Part shown: in pieces, positions 49,331 through 63,830 of the stretch | How the letters are laid out: each line of letters starts with the position of its first letter | Numbering within the stretch: the stretch's first letter is position 1 | Assembly (NCBI GenBank): GCA_965655095.1 | Contig: OZ296657.1 | Location: forward strand, 34,224,001-34,288,000 | Direction of reading: 5' to 3' | Length of the DNA: 64,000 bases | Origin: Haplodiscus bocki | Lineage: Eukaryota | Notes under the pieces: generated by a model | Told to the model about the DNA's origin: nothing | What the model saw: the letters and a program-made list of their open reading frames with translations, nothing else | The model's database searches: none | Made by a program: the position numbers and the translations under genes

Positions 49331-52300
49331 ACACGTCGAGCCCATTCATTTATGTAGAAAAAACGAGTCTTTTAGGAAAACAGAAAAACCCTTGTAACTG
49401 GAAAAGAAAACCATTGTGGGAGAAAAACGACTTGTATCAAGGTTTCAGTAAACTTAAAACCAGCTTGTAAAAGTTTCGGTGCGTTGTAAGTTGGGGCTTC
49501 CTTTTTGCAGTGGCACTATGTATATGATTTATGCAAGAGGCTGATCAGTCTGCAACAGGAAGTTTACGTGACTGTCGCAGATACTGGAAAAAGAAAAAGC
49601 TGCACTACGGAATTGACTATTTTCCTTTTGGAAACTTTATGGAGGGAAAATAAAAACAGCCCAGAACAGGCCAAACTTGACGCTGCTCATGTCTGGCGCG
49701 AAAGCTTCAGTGAATCATTGAATAGTGTCACCAAAAACTGCCAAACTTTTTGTGTCACAATACCGAAAAATTAATAAGGGGGCCCTTTCTGTGTTTTTGG
49801 ATGTCTCTGGGATTTCTGAAAGTGTCTGTTGCCCATTTGTGGGTTGCGAAAATTCTGGTGAAACATAGAGTGGGATATCTTAAAAAGTTGTCTCAAACTT
49901 TTTGAGTCCAAGAAAAACTTCGTGAGAGGGGGGCTCTTTTGGTGTTTCTGCAAGTTTGGTTGATACAGGACCTTTTGCCAACTGCTATTTCAAGTCACTA
50001 AACTGTTTTCTGATGCTCAGAGGTCTAAGAATAGTCTGTGAAAAATGTGTCTTCCTTGAATAATAGAATGAAAGAAGTTTTATTGCGCCTGTTGAGAAAT
50101 CCAACTGACCTGTTCAAATGTCTCGTGAAAAAGTTTTGAAAGGGTATCATTCATTTTCGATTAGTTAGCGTTAGGTTAAAGTAGTTGTAGCGTTAGTTTA
50201 AGTTTTGTTTAACATTTCTCAATACTTCCTTGTGGTACCTTTTTTAGGATTTCTACCGTTATAATGACTATGCATGTGAGACCTTTTTTTGTATATCAAA
50301 TTTTAGTAACCATCAGAAATCAATTTAATTTACAGATTACTGTGGCGACATATTGTTTTCTCTTGAGCTTCAATTGAAATGTCACTTCAAACATTTACAT
50401 CCTCTTTTACTAAGTGCTCGATTGGGCGGCTGTTCACAAGTCTGGAAACAATTTAGCTAAATTAAAATCAGTATTGAAACCCGTGCTTTGGGCACTGCCA
50501 CATCGCCCGGTCCGCTCTCTTCGAGGACAGTATGCGTGCTCTCAATACGCTCGGGAATTGCTACTTGGTTCCTTCAACAATTTGATGTTTGAAATATTTG
50601 TCTCACTACGTTATAATAAGTTTATTTTATCCTTTCGGACTTGTGAACCGACACCGCTCGATTGTTTCATGAGTCATGACATTGTAATTCTGTAAAATCG
50701 AAATCTCACTCAAATTAGAACAACTGTGTGATTTGATAAGACCAATTATAAGTTCTTTCATCTGGGCTTTTTGCTATAAATCTATTTTTAATTATCAAGT
50801 GGTGTCATTAAAAAGCGAAATTGAACGGATTGAGTTAGTTGACTTTTAAACCCTGGTTTACCTTGTATAACAAATCTGGAACATAAATACGCGAATATGT
50901 CCGAACTTGTTTGTTTCAAAGAAGCTAGCGGGCCAAGTTCGCGAACATCGTCTTCTGGATCGCACTGTGGAGTTTACTGCAAGAAAGAGTCAACTAACCG
51001 GAGAAATTCCACTTCCGGTGTTGGCTCATCTTCTTCACGTGTTGTTCACCACATTAAATGGAGACGAGGAAGCTCTTGTTCCAGATTGAGGTTTGCACCC
51101 CATAATGACGACAAGGGCAGCGCTAAAGGTCAATGTCCTATTAGTAAAGATGCATACAAAAAGGCTTTGCTTTCTTCTGTACCGACATATTTTCAGTTAG
51201 ACATTAAAGCCAAATCATCCCTGAAGGATATACTGTGAGTACAACAACTGTAGTAGTGTTTTATAAATATTAAACATGCTAATTGAGATGAAAGAGTATT
51301 CTGAAACAAATTAAATCTTTCCTAATGACTCCAAATCCGCTCCCAAGCCAAAACCTCCTTTGGCTGATGTTACCAAGGTACATATAACATTGTATTGAAC
51401 GCGAAGGATAGTCCAAAAAGTTGTCCCATGTATGGATATGTATAAAGCTTTTTAATCAATAAATACCTGCCCTATCCTCGTTTTCTGTTCATTTCATATT
51501 CTCCGTGAAATTATTGTATGTTTTGATAGCCAAAATTAATGCTGAATATTTTGTACGGGCTACTTAGAGAAGTGTTCATTCAAGACGCTACGAGAAGTGC
51601 TCAGAAAATTTTGTATCAAATTTTTACTTGAATTTTTGTTCCAAAAGCAGTCTACCATGCCTTTCTTTTAGATTTTGTTTCTTTGTCTATGCAATGATAG
51701 TTGAAAATTGAATTTTAACCAGAGTCACCATAATGTCACTCAAGTATACTCGCAAGAACTTCTTTCGTGGTTTTGAGGTGTAACAACTCAACCAACAAAA
51801 TTTGCTGAATAATTCAAGACTTTACCAAAGATTACTCTCCCTTAGTTAGTACAGGTTAGAGACCTCGATACTTTGTTGCATGTAAAGTGTAGTAGCGGTT
51901 GAAGATTAATCCTATGAAACCTGATCTAATTGCAATCTAGTGTTACTTTCTGGTCTTGGGTTTATAGCGTACAAAATAGGCTGTACATGTATGTATAGCC
52001 GTGGAAATCAAAACCTTAAAAGGTACCAGTAGTTCAAATTATTCTCAAAATGGTGTCGTTGCTACATTCTGTCTGAAATTCGGACTCAGTGCTAATGCGG
52101 CAAAACCAATCAAGGCTCATTTAGACTTATTTAGTTTAATTGTTCAAGGCTTAAAAAGTTTGATTTTGATTTCGTTAATTTTTGCTTCAAATGTGAAAAT
52201 GAGAACAGTTTTCTAATATCGAAGCCTTAACGAAGCTAAGATATTCGATATTACTGGCGTGACTTCTTTCAGACCGTCTAAATCGACGATTGTAAATGTT

Positions 52301-52334
52301 AAACTCGACAGTAAAATTGTAAACTGATTTTAAA

Positions 52335-52844
52335 TCTGCTTTCTTATGGATGCTAAGGAATTCGATGCACTTTATATGGCTGTTAAGTCTCCCAAATTTT
52401 TGAATTTTTGACAATTACTGGTGGATAGCCAAAATTGGCAGAAATTCATGAGGTGCAAAATCGTCACCTGGTCCTTTCTGCCGGGTAATCAAATGGCAGT
52501 TAATAGAGAGTACCTGCAAGTGAATGCATGTATTGTAGTACAAGCAAGAAACATTACATGCAGTGAAAACTTTATGGAACTCGCTCAAGAGTATTAACCG
52601 AGTTCGATAAACTTGTCCACTGCATGTAACATTGTTAGTTATATAAAACGTATGTTCAGTTGCAATTACTCTAATAACCGGCATTCGCTTATTCACCCGG
52701 TAGAAATGACCAGGTTCCGATTCTGTACCTCATGCTTTACCGCCAATTTCGGATATCCACCAGTAATTGTCAAAATTTCAAAAATTTGAGTTACTTAGAA
52801 CCACAGAAGTTGCTTTCAGTTATTTAGCATCCATAGTAAGCAGA
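52335..52844. repeat. 510-bp imperfect palindrome (foldback-like)
   Basis: The arms are reverse complements along their length, e.g. CAAATTTTTGAATTTTTGACAATTACTGGTGGATAGCC vs GGATATCCACCAGTAATTGTCAAAATTTCAAAAATTTG. Centre near 52590 (GAACTCG-loop-CGAGTTC). Confidence 0.85.
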
Positions 52845-54289
52845 CGGCGAAATGAAGCAATAGGAAACTGAAAGCAGACTCAAAAACGAATATGTGTTCG
52901 AAACAGCTTATGCCCATTTTAGTGCTTGGGAAAATTTTAATTTTACATAGTACTTATAATATTACTCGGTTTTTTTGACGCTGAGTACGACATATTGCGA
53001 CTTCGTCCGACATCTTGAAAGCTTTCGGAAATATTTTCAAAACGCACCAAGTCAGCGTGGGAGTAAAGGAGAGACCACTATAGCGGTGACAGCGCGCAAG
53101 TCAACATGATTTTTTGTTCACCAGTCAGTATACTTATGAAGACGTAAACCCCGCCGGGAAATTTTGCATTCGTTATAGGGTTAAGGGGAGACTCTATAGT
53201 TATCCCAAGAAGTTTCAGAAGTTTTATCCTCCTTGGCTTGCTGTTTTTTCTTGTTTTTTTTGATCGTCATCGTGGAGTCTAGTGTGAACGGTCAAAAACA
53301 CTTTTGACAGGACCTTTTTATTATTGAGTTCTAAAGAGTGCCCATTTTTCAAAAACCGAAGCCGAAACTATTCGACATTATGCAGACACGTCTTGAACTT
53401 AGGTCAGATTTGCAACATAACCAAATGTCGCTAATTTGTAATTAGTTTCATTTTATTCAGGAGGGCATTACGAACGTTTTGTATCTCTTTCGTGGTTGGA
53501 ATTTTTAGCATGTAGAAATTGGGTGTCTCGAAGATTTTGATTTTTTTAATTTCTTGGTGCAATTTAGTCTTCAATTTTATTTCTGAGATTGTATGGATGG
53601 GGGCATTCCTTTTTTTGAGCTAATATACCTTAACATAGGAACCTGTCGTTTTAAAATCTAACTTACTGACGAGTTTTTATCGGTATGTTTCCTCGTTTGC
53701 CTTCGTGTGGATGCTGTGTAATTCACCGCAACCTCTGGTGGCTGCTAAGATATTGGAACTTCTGAAAATTCGACAATTCCCTAATAGTTTGTTTTCCGTC
53801 CCTATCTTTGATCTTCTCAATGGTAATTTTATGTGAAGTGGGATCCCTTCCTTCTTTTTAGGACTACAAAACATTTCAAATATACAAAGGACTTAAAGTG
53901 TTACTAGGTTTTTATTTTTTTTTTCGTTTTTTTATAATTTGCGATTTCACCCGTGATAGAGGTTTTCGTGCGACATCTTGAAAATTTTCATAATAAGTTC
54001 AAAACAGCAAAGCTGCATGGGATTACAGAAGGGACCGTACGGAGCAGAGGAGATCAGAGAGAGCTAGTAGAAGGATTTCAGAATTCTTCGAACTATCCGC
54101 CTTGGCCGCTGCGTTCTGACTATGGTATTATCCTAGTGTTAGTTTTTAAGATTTATCGATTGTTCATGGAGTTTGTTTTGCAGTTGGGTGAAAATTATTG
54201 GTCTTTTTCAATTCAGTCGCTTCGATATTGAAGCCCCGTCAGGGGCCTTTTGCCAAACATCAGTGATTTCCGCAGTGGGACGCAGAGAT

Positions 54290-55830
54290 GATTGATCGGA
54301 CCTACAATGGATGAATTTAAGAAAATAAATCTTTGACAGAAAAAGTTCACAACGGAGACTTTGACAAAATTTTAGCCTGTAGTTCTAGAGAATTGTGGCT
54401 TTGTAAATCGACAAAAAATATTATCAATAGGACTCTTTCGCATTTTCAGTCGATAAAGATTCCAATCTACGGAGCAAACTTAGGGATTGTTAAATCTACG
54501 AGTCATCGAAAACTACAACACTGTAAATTTAAACTTTGATTGAAGATTTTAGAGCTGGAGTTTTAGAGGAGGATGAGTTGGACTATCGGAATTTGTCTAT
54601 ACTGACAGCACTTTAGCCAATTGCGATGTAGAGATTGACTTTCATGATTTTTAGAATCGAATAGTCTTCATGAAGGAAAAAGTTCTCGATTGAAACCTTG
54701 ATGGAAAAATGAAGCAGGTAGAACTGAAGGAATTTGAGTTCTTAAATATGGAGATATCTCAAGATTAATAGCATTTTCTGGCATTTTTTGGTCGATCTAG
54801 GTCACTCTGCATGGGCAAAAGCAATTATCAGTCGATTACTCCAACACAAGTAGAAAGCTTTCATTTGAAACCGTGAAGGAATAAATTTTCTCGCTATTTA
54901 TGGCGAGACACTAATTTGAAAATGGAGATGAACCCATGATTGAAATTTGGCATTTTTCGACTGTAGGCTTTCCTCGAAAGAACCAAATCGATGGCTTCTA
55001 AATCTAATGATCCTAGAAAAGTAGAAAGTTTTTTATTGCCACGTTGATGGAAGGAGTCAAGCCTGTAGTCATGGAGATATCAGTTTGATTATAAAGATAA
55101 ATCAATATTAAAAGCACTTTTGGCATTCTCGCAATATCAGGTTTCTTATGCATGGATTAAAATCAGACATTTTAAAATCGAGTGGTCCACCTGAGAAAAA
55201 GCTTTAGATAGAAACTTTGAAGCATGGCACAAGCAGTTATAGAGGAAATCGAATTGGATTTTCGAAAAATTATATATATCAAAACAAATACCATTTTCGT
55301 GGCATTTTCGAACTACCAGAATTCCAATGCAAGGAAGAAAATCAATGACTATTTCAATCTAAAAGTATTTTTGTTACTAAAAAACAATCGGATGAAAACC
55401 TGATTGGAGAAATCAGGCCAGTAGGTACGGAAGAATAAGAGTTTGAAAATTGAGATTCGTCAAAGCTATTTTTGTTTTAGCACTTATTCGGGTGTATCAG
55501 GGTTCTGATGCAAGGAAGAAAACCAACGATTAGGCAGGTGAATCCCCACTCCATGTTTGAAGCTTTGGATACAGACCATGATGGATCAAACCAAACATGT
55601 AGTTACGCAAAAATTGATTTTGAATTACGAGATTAATCATTATTGTTAGCTCATTTTGAGTTTTTTCGATCAAGAGTCTGATTCAAGGAACAAAATCAAT
55701 GGTTTTCTCAATCCAGCAGTCCTGTACAAGTAGGAAGCGTTCGATTGAGACCTGCACAAAAAAATTAAACCCTGTGTATTTGGAGAGTAGTGAGTTTCAA
55801 CACTAGTGATTTTCGAAGCTGATCACAGAG
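54290..55830 (+). repeat. Degenerate ~172-bp tandem repeat family, cluster D (~9 units)
   Basis: GCC.GTAGTT.T.GAG-like cores near 54375, 54554, 54714, 54890, 55061, 55233, 55417, 55596 and 55771. TGGCATT recurs at the same period. Confidence 0.75.
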
Positions 55831-58800
55831 CCATATGTACCAGCAGAAAAATTTTCTAAGTCAATTTTTTTTTACCGCGGTTGAGCTGAAACTAAGAGAT
55901 TGAGGAAAGCTGGTAAAAGAAGCTGGAAGAATTTACTTCTTTGCATTTATAATTAAATTTTCCAAGAGAATTATAATTTTTTCGGGATTTTTAAAGTAAA
56001 TCAAAAGTTTTAATCTCATTTTGAAAAATATTGAAAAACACGGATTTGTTCCAGTGACGTCAGAAAACCGATACCACAGTTCAATTCAATTACAAAGCTG
56101 TCGAATGAGACCCAGGCCAGAAAATTGAACCTTGCACTTTTACAGAAAAGTTAGTTTCAACTTAGAGATTTTTCATTAATCGCCCTTGTTGGCACTCTGT
56201 GAAAGTGAAGATCCTAGAACGATATGTTGCAGCAGAAATGTTTTCGGCATTTTGTATAACTGGCCATGGATAAACAAAGATAGCGGAAACAATTGATACT
56301 GAAAATCAGTCTTATAACTAGTTTTTCCAACAGAGTTAAATTTTTCTGCAGTTTCTTTTGGAAAATCGAAAAATTGTTGCTCAATTTGTTGGAAATTTTT
56401 CAAAACCAACTTTTTTTCCAATTACGTCTGGAAGCAGATAATTTTTTGAGAAATAAAGGTCCCACTTACCGAAAAATCCTGATTTTCATCGAGCAAACCC
56501 TGTTTTTTCTAGAAATGCGATCAAGGTAACGAGAATGAAAAATGTTGGAATATTGGCTGATAGATCGATTAAAACGCGCCACTTTTAGTTTCCTAACAGC
56601 AGCCCCCTCCCCGCGGTGATGCCCCACACCTTTGTATTATACAAGCCAGCACGGTTGTGCTCTGAAACACACGAAGCTTGCGCGCTATGGGCAGTTTGAG
56701 GAATGTAGAAAAAACGCCACCTACTCAATTGAACTTTTCTTGCGAAAACTTTTTTCGAGGAAAAATTTCAAATCCTCATTTTATCGAAAAAAAAATCCTG
56801 TAAAAGATATTTGATCCTGGCTTTTCCAGTTCTGGGAAAAATGATCAACATACCAAGAAGCACAATGTTGGTTCACCATGCTCAATATTGAAATTGCTGT
56901 TGTCTACCGTTTGGTTTTGCTGATTAAGTTCTGAAGCAACAGCTGGATGTACCCAGCAATTTATCTCTATACGATCTTCTGAGACAGATTTGTTCCTTGC
57001 ACTTTGCCTATAAAGTTCGACTATTATCGATCTTAAAAACGGTTTTTTCCATTACTTGAATCCGTTTTGCGTTCACTTGATTCTTCCAAATGTACCTTTA
57101 GGTACTTCATAGCGGTAAAATTCTGTTTTCCACTCGTTCCAAAGTAGATATTTAGCGTGAAGCATGTGACCTTAACAACTTTTTGAAGTTTTTCCAAGTA
57201 AATGCAAACTGATTTTGCTCATCGAACCTTTATGAATAACCTAACTAATTGTATTTGTGAACAATCATCAAAGAAGTTCAACTGGCGTTTGATTAAGAAA
57301 AGTTGGCAGGAAACTTAACGTTTGATGGATGAAGTTATTTTTAGACGCTTCAGTAGTTAAACGGGAAAGCGGCGTTTTTCCCATTTCTTACCATTGCCTA
57401 GGCTGGCAAGCTTTCAGCTGGTTAGAGTTGATGCTCGTTTTTTTGACGTAAAGATTGGGCAGAAGATGAAGCGAAAGAGTTCGGCTTGTAATTGCTCCGT
57501 GAGCTCCCTTTTGACGTACTGGTTGAAAAATAATAACCGTGTGAACTCAGTTGGTGGGACCGTCCGGGTTCTAATCCCGTCTTGTTAAAACTTTTTGCGT
57601 TTGTTGCGCTGGGCGAAAAAATTCCGCTCTGCTCAATTTCTGAGACTCTGAAAAAATAAGGTGTTTAGGACTTTGGAAAGTTTTAATTTTACGGAAAGCT
57701 TATAGCGTTAGTCGGTTTTTGTTATCGTTTGTTGACGTTTTTCGTCGGACGTATTGCGATCTTTTCCGAAAGGAGAAAATTTGTGCAGAATATGAAAAAA
57801 AAAGTTTTTTGAAACGTAGCAGAAGGGCCTGAGAGTACAGGGTGGCCCAGTGTACTAGTGCTGATATCGCAAATCTACAACATTTTGACTTTTTTCTTGT
57901 CCCCCTGTCGATACACTAATGAAAGTATGAAGTGTTGGACCCCTGAAATTTGCCAAAGTCCTTTCCGATTTGGTAGGCTATGTTTTTCCAAATGAAAAAG
58001 ATCTGTGATCTGCTTTGAATTTTTTGGGCAAGTTGACTCCAGCTTGAAGTTTTCTTTCAGTCCATCGACATTTTTTCGCCGTTTTTTCAAAGTAGTTCTG
58101 AAATTTCATACTTTATGTACTTTATAAGCTTTGCAACTGAACCAATCCTTTTTTTAATTTAAAATAGATGTGGCTGGTTGAATTAAACTTCCGTTAAGTC
58201 CCGTATGAAGTAGAATTCGAGGAAATTGCCTACCCATTTTATGCGAGACTTCCAGTTCACAAAATTGTCTCAGTTTTGCTGTTTTCTCCGGCATTTTTCG
58301 AACTTTCGTCTTCGAGTCATCGTTTTTTAAAACAAGGGGGCGTGAACTGATACGAAACGTTAAGTTTTGAGGATTTTTATTACAAAATGGCTTTCTTGAT
58401 TCTATAAAGTCGGCCTGAAGTATCTAAATTTGCAATTTTTTCGAATGTTTCATTGTTAACCTCTAATTCATTTTTCTAACTGCTAGGCCAAAATTCTGAC
58501 GACACGGAAAGCCAACTAATACAGCAGGCAGTCATAAATTGGTTCTTCGTGAAGCAGTCGTTCTTCGATTTTGTGGAAATGTCTTTTTTGCGTTCACTTG
58601 TTTTTCAAAGTACAGGTACATTGAAAACCATTACGGGAGCGTTCCAGAACAACTTTGTAACTACTTTTGCAGACAAGGTAATAACCAATTTATGATTTCT
58701 GGAAATATTCTCAAAATTTCGAAAGTTTTCTTCCAAAATTGTACTTCTAGAGCTTCAGAGTCAGCCAAGAACTGCTCACGCTGCCTGGTTTGATAGTTTT

Positions 58801-61800
58801 GTTTTGCCCTGCAAAGCAGTGGTTTGCTACAATTGCATCATAGGGGTTAAAAACGCACGTGAAACTTGTGAACAATTTTTTCAAGCGTCTTTATGTAAAA
58901 GTCTTCTATGGAGGCAAGACAGAGCACTCGCACCCTAGTGTGCTTATATTTCCTTTAGTTTCCGAAGATGTACTAAAAACCTCATCAGTAATGCAAACCG
59001 CATATTCTTCGATTTTTTTCCGCAGCTTCTCAAAAAATGTCAGATGAATTTTCTGGGACTGATTTTTGCGGACAGTCCTGTGATGATTCTTTAAAATATT
59101 CTTGCTGTTCTTAGTTTCTTAAAGCCAGGTTTCTATGACTTCATGAAATTTCACATAGGTTCCGGCAGTGGTTTTCCGGTGTTGATGCATACTGTTATTT
59201 TCAATTTTAGGAAAACTGGAGGAATCGGTTCTGACAGTTTTGCGAAGCTCCCCTTCATGTCTCTTTCACTTGCGCTAGCAGGTGTAGTTTCACAGGCTTC
59301 TGCGGTTGTTTCCTATCCTGTCCTAACGAACAAATTTCCCAATATTTTGACACAATTGATTTGCTCGGGGCTCAAATCTGTGATCTGCTCGCATGCTCCA
59401 ACAACTGTGCTCTTCCCGCCTCAGAATTGGTCGTTTATTTCGGTGATAAATCGAATTGACTGCTGTAGCGTTTCGTACTTGTAAAACTGGCAAACTGCCT
59501 GCCTATTCCGGCCGTCACGCATTTTTTGTCCTTGTGCACAACTCGCTCAAGATGATAGTGACTTGAATTTACCTAAAGCTGAAAAGCATTTGGACTAGTG
59601 TTAATGACATTGATTTTCTGCCCCCTGTTACTACGAGCATCTGGATTCGATTTTTTGGTTTTTCCCCACCAAATCAACTTTTTGGCGCTGAATTTAATTC
59701 AACAAAGTTAAGACCAACGTGTAAAACTCGAAAATCTTTACCTCAATTTTTTTTTTGTTTTCAGCCGACCCTAACTTCCCAATTTATGCTTTTTCTCGCT
59801 ACTTTCGCTCTTTCACCCTACGTATCATTTTTTTGACTACGCGTCTAACATAAATGAATAGGAAAAGTTAAGTCTCGCATAATATTCCCAAATTTTGAAA
59901 GTTACTCTTTGAATGTAAAGCTGTTTAATCAGTGGTAGCCTTAGTAGCGTAGCATCAGTTCGCAAATCAGTTGTTCCTTTTGCTTACTAGTGTGAACACG
60001 AGTATTCCGTTAGCACTTGGTGAAAAACTGAATCTATCTACAACAGATCGCGTGAAATAAATTTTGGAGTTCAAATTCATTTTTTAAGAAAACGTCACTT
60101 TGAAAAAAATCAATGATGGCCCACTTTCGACTTGGAGAACTAGTCGAAATTGTTTCTCTCTGTGACCATCAATCCAGATTTGTTCAATGAGCGCCAAAAC
60201 CAACGCTAATTATCTGTGAAAAACAGCTCGTGGAACAGATTTGGTTCTTCGATCCAAAATTTTGCTTCGCCAAAGCTTTGGAAAGGTCAATATGCAGAGA
60301 CAAGATAGTCGAACGAATAATTCCGTGTCATTCCCGAGGTTGAAATCGCCGTAGAACGTAACCGTTGTTGATATTGATGGATTTTCAATACAATTGTGCT
60401 CATTAAAACCAAACTGATTTTGTTCTCCAAAACTGTTTCAGAAGTTGATTATTTGTTCTTTGAAAATAAAGTCGGATTTTGATTTGATTTTCATTTTATC
60501 CAGAATAAAAAGGTAGAAGAAAGTTTGCCGGATAAAGATTTCGGTCGTCTATCCCCGATGGTCGATTTTCAAACAGTTTTTCTAAATAACAGCCGATGCG
60601 CGTTTGATTTTGCAAAATGTCTTGTAACTGGAAATGAAAAACGTTTTTCTCGGAGAGTATTGATCGGATTGAACCATCTTTTCATGCTCATTGGAAACGA
60701 GAAGTGTAACGGCAAGAATTAGACGATCGTGCCGCAGTCTGAGGATTTTTTCGATCTGATCGGATCACCGTGTTTAGAAAAAAACGCGTACGTGTCATTT
60801 TTTGCACTCTGCCATCATTAATTTTTTTTCCAGAAAATTTTTTACGGAGTATGGAAAAAACTTCGATAGTAGGGTCGTCTCTTCCAATAAAATTTCAATG
60901 TTGTTCTTTTGTCGAAAGTAGCAGATTCGAACTGTTTGCGAATTCAAAGTTTTTCTGACAATTCTCGAAGGAATTTATTTCCGGTTGAAATTGTGTTGTC
61001 TGGCTGGCCAGAAAAAAAAATCCGGCTACATTTTGAGGCCCCAAATCCGATACACCCCTATTGGAAACCTCGCTAGATCAATTTTCAGTGATACTTTTTT
61101 CTGTTTTGTACGTATCCGAGAATTAACTTAATTGAAGTTCAAAATTCTCGTTCACGTCTTCGAAAGTTTTTATCTGGAAGACTAACAAATTTGTGACCCT
61201 TTCAGGTGTTGGAAAATACATGTTTCATTTTTCAATGACCTTTACGATAACATGGAAAATACAATTCTTTTCCGACAGATTTTGGGTACCAATATTTTGG
61301 GTATCAATATACAGCTCTTATATTGTCTGTTTTGGTAAAATAACGATCGAGTATGATTTTTCTGAAAGTGCAAGCATGAATTGGTGAGTCAGACAATGTG
61401 AATGCACATGGTTTGCTGACTACTATCAATCAGAATTGGAAGTACATTTTTGAAGCTAGTTAGATTGTCGATGTTTAACTGTTGCATCAGAATATATTTG
61501 GGTGGTGGTTTTCATTTGTGAGGTACATTCGGGTGAGCTCTGATGCAACAATGTTTCCCAACTGATGTTATTTGCTGACAAGATGATTTGATGCTTGAAT
61601 AAATTTTGTATTAATAGCAGCTGTTTATTCAAACTATAATATTGCCATTGGGCTATTCCTATTATTACATCTGTTGAATTGTTCAGCGAACAAACGAACC
61701 GAAATTTATTCTGAAGTCATGGAGAATTGGCACAATGAAATCTTTCACAATGTGATGTAAAACTTGGATACCTCCGTGTTTATTTTTCCACTTGCAACAA

Positions 61801-63599
61801 TTTGTGATTCATTTTGGAGTTGAAAAACTATGGCTTCATTAAGGTTAGAGTTAGATTTCAAAATTTCAATTTTTTGCAACCATGGTAGTAGCAACTTGAA
61901 TATAGGTACACACATGGGTCTGGAATCAGGCCATAAAGTATTAAACTTCATTAAAAGAAACGATTGTATTGGGAGTTAATCTTTACTGCCAGTTGTTTTT
62001 TTGTATCGAAAACAATTTGAATTTGTCTGGTTTGTAGCACTGTTGACTTTGGTGGGTGTGAATTGCACTCTATTTTGTTGAGTTGTTGGCACAAAAAGCG
62101 GGTGAATGGTAGGAGTTGATACTATTTAACTCTTGGGTTTTTTGCGGTGACCGTTAGTACCACGTGTCTTGCATCGAAACAGACCTCGTGCGAATTTGAT
62201 GTCTCAAGACCCGTTGTAACACTACCTTGGATCATTATCGATAAAATTGGCCGGTCGCCGCATGTTTGGGTATGTACTTTTTCTGGATCAACATACATTC
62301 TTATAGAATATAGGGGTTTTTGTGAAAGAATCGTGGCTGTAATGATTTGCTCAAGGTCTAAGCACTCTATATTTGTCTCCAGATAGATCGAACTTTGTGA
62401 TTAAGAGGTCAAATCAGCTATCATTTGTGAGCGAGTAGGAGCAAACACACTAGCTTATGGTTTCTTATCTAATTACATCTGCAGAATTCCATCAAGATTT
62501 TAAACTTCTGTCATTTTGGATGGCCTTGGATTCAGTTCCTGTCTCATAGTTGGCGTTTAAACCCATGCTTTTTCAACTACTGCGTACGGCGCGAAGTTAA
62601 ACTAATTGTGAATTGATAACTCAGATTAAAGCATGGCTTCTAGAATTGCATTTCCTTTTTATTGGTCCACGACGCTCATGAATTATTGCAAAGTTTGCAG
62701 CCTTGTAGAAAATTTGGCACGCTTCCTTTCCATGTTTGCATATGCTGCAAAGGAAAGCAAGAGAAGAATGTTGCAAATAAGGAAGCTAACAAAATTGGGA
62801 TTTAAAAGCAACAGAGCCCCGTGAAAAGCCACAAGGCGGCTGCAGATGGACAAGTAGATGGCAGATAGAGCAGTTGATAGTTATACTGCTGCTGAGATAT
62901 AATACCTCTTTGAAAAGAGCTGTGAAAGGAAAGAGGGAATTTTAATCCATTGTCACGTTCACTTCCAAATCCAATGTTGCTGCAACAGCGCTAGAAGCAA
63001 CGATGCCCGACTTCCATGGACTGCAACCGGTGATTAAGGAGGTCTCTATTTTGATGCGTGTCCACGTCACACATAGAAGTCTTCATTTATTTAAAGAAAT
63101 TCAGTTCTCAAAATGTTTTACATGAATTATGACCAGCAGGATGTTTTCGCTGAAGCAAAGTAGTTTTGTACTTTTTCCGTTGAATGAATGCCCTATCTTT
63201 GTCTTTAATTTTTTTAAAAAAAAATGTGCATAAAAGGCCTATGACTACATTTTTGAATTGTAAATGGGTATTAGTCATTGAATCGTTTCATTTTGGTTCG
63301 TCGGGCTTTTTAAAAAATTTTATCGGCAATCACCAGTTTGTATCATCGATCCCACATTGGTTGTATACTAAAAATGCATTTATTAAAATCGAAGCCAAAG
63401 GTATTCGATAGAAGCGACATGCCTTGACCATTTTTCCGCACATTTGAAACTCCTAATTGTAAACCTGTAAAATTGTAAATTCCTTGCAGCTGTGTTATCG
63501 TGGTAGTGCAGCACAGTTGAACTCCTTCCCACTGGTAAATTGGTAATATAACCTGGTAACGTTGGTTGAATAGAATACATGCTTGAATATAAGATTTCA

Positions 63600-63830
63600 C
63601 TGGATTATCCGCCGTAAACGTCTTAATTGTGAAGCTGAGAAATTTAGGACTGCCGCTATTTGAATATCCGCGATAAATCTTAGTTGTAAATTTGGAAAAT
63701 CCAGCAGTCGATTCTCCGCCATAAATGTCAAAAATGTAACGTAAACTCAATAAATTCAGCGCTCTCGATTACCCACCATAAATGTCAGAATTGTCAAGTT
63801 TCAACTCTGAAAAATTCGGTACGTCACGAC
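63600..63830. repeat. Degenerate 50-60-bp minisatellite
   Basis: TCCGCC(A/G)TAAA(T/C)GTC-like motif near 63608, 63667, 63715 and 63773. Confidence 0.5.

Noticed and set aside
47090-50100. Possible displaced pPolB gene of the Polinton
   Set aside because: No polymerase motifs; the short ORFs are explained by the ~172-bp degenerate repeat.
47090-55830. CRISPR-like array
   Set aside because: Units are degenerate along their whole length with no identical repeats or unique spacers; eukaryotic context and no cas genes.
57836-57850. TACAGGGTGGCCCA mariner-like TIR (a similar end lies at ~455)
   Set aside because: No matching partner TIR or transposase was found nearby.
59930-59975. tRNA gene
   Set aside because: Only an A-box-like 5' part is present; no T-arm or acceptor stem.
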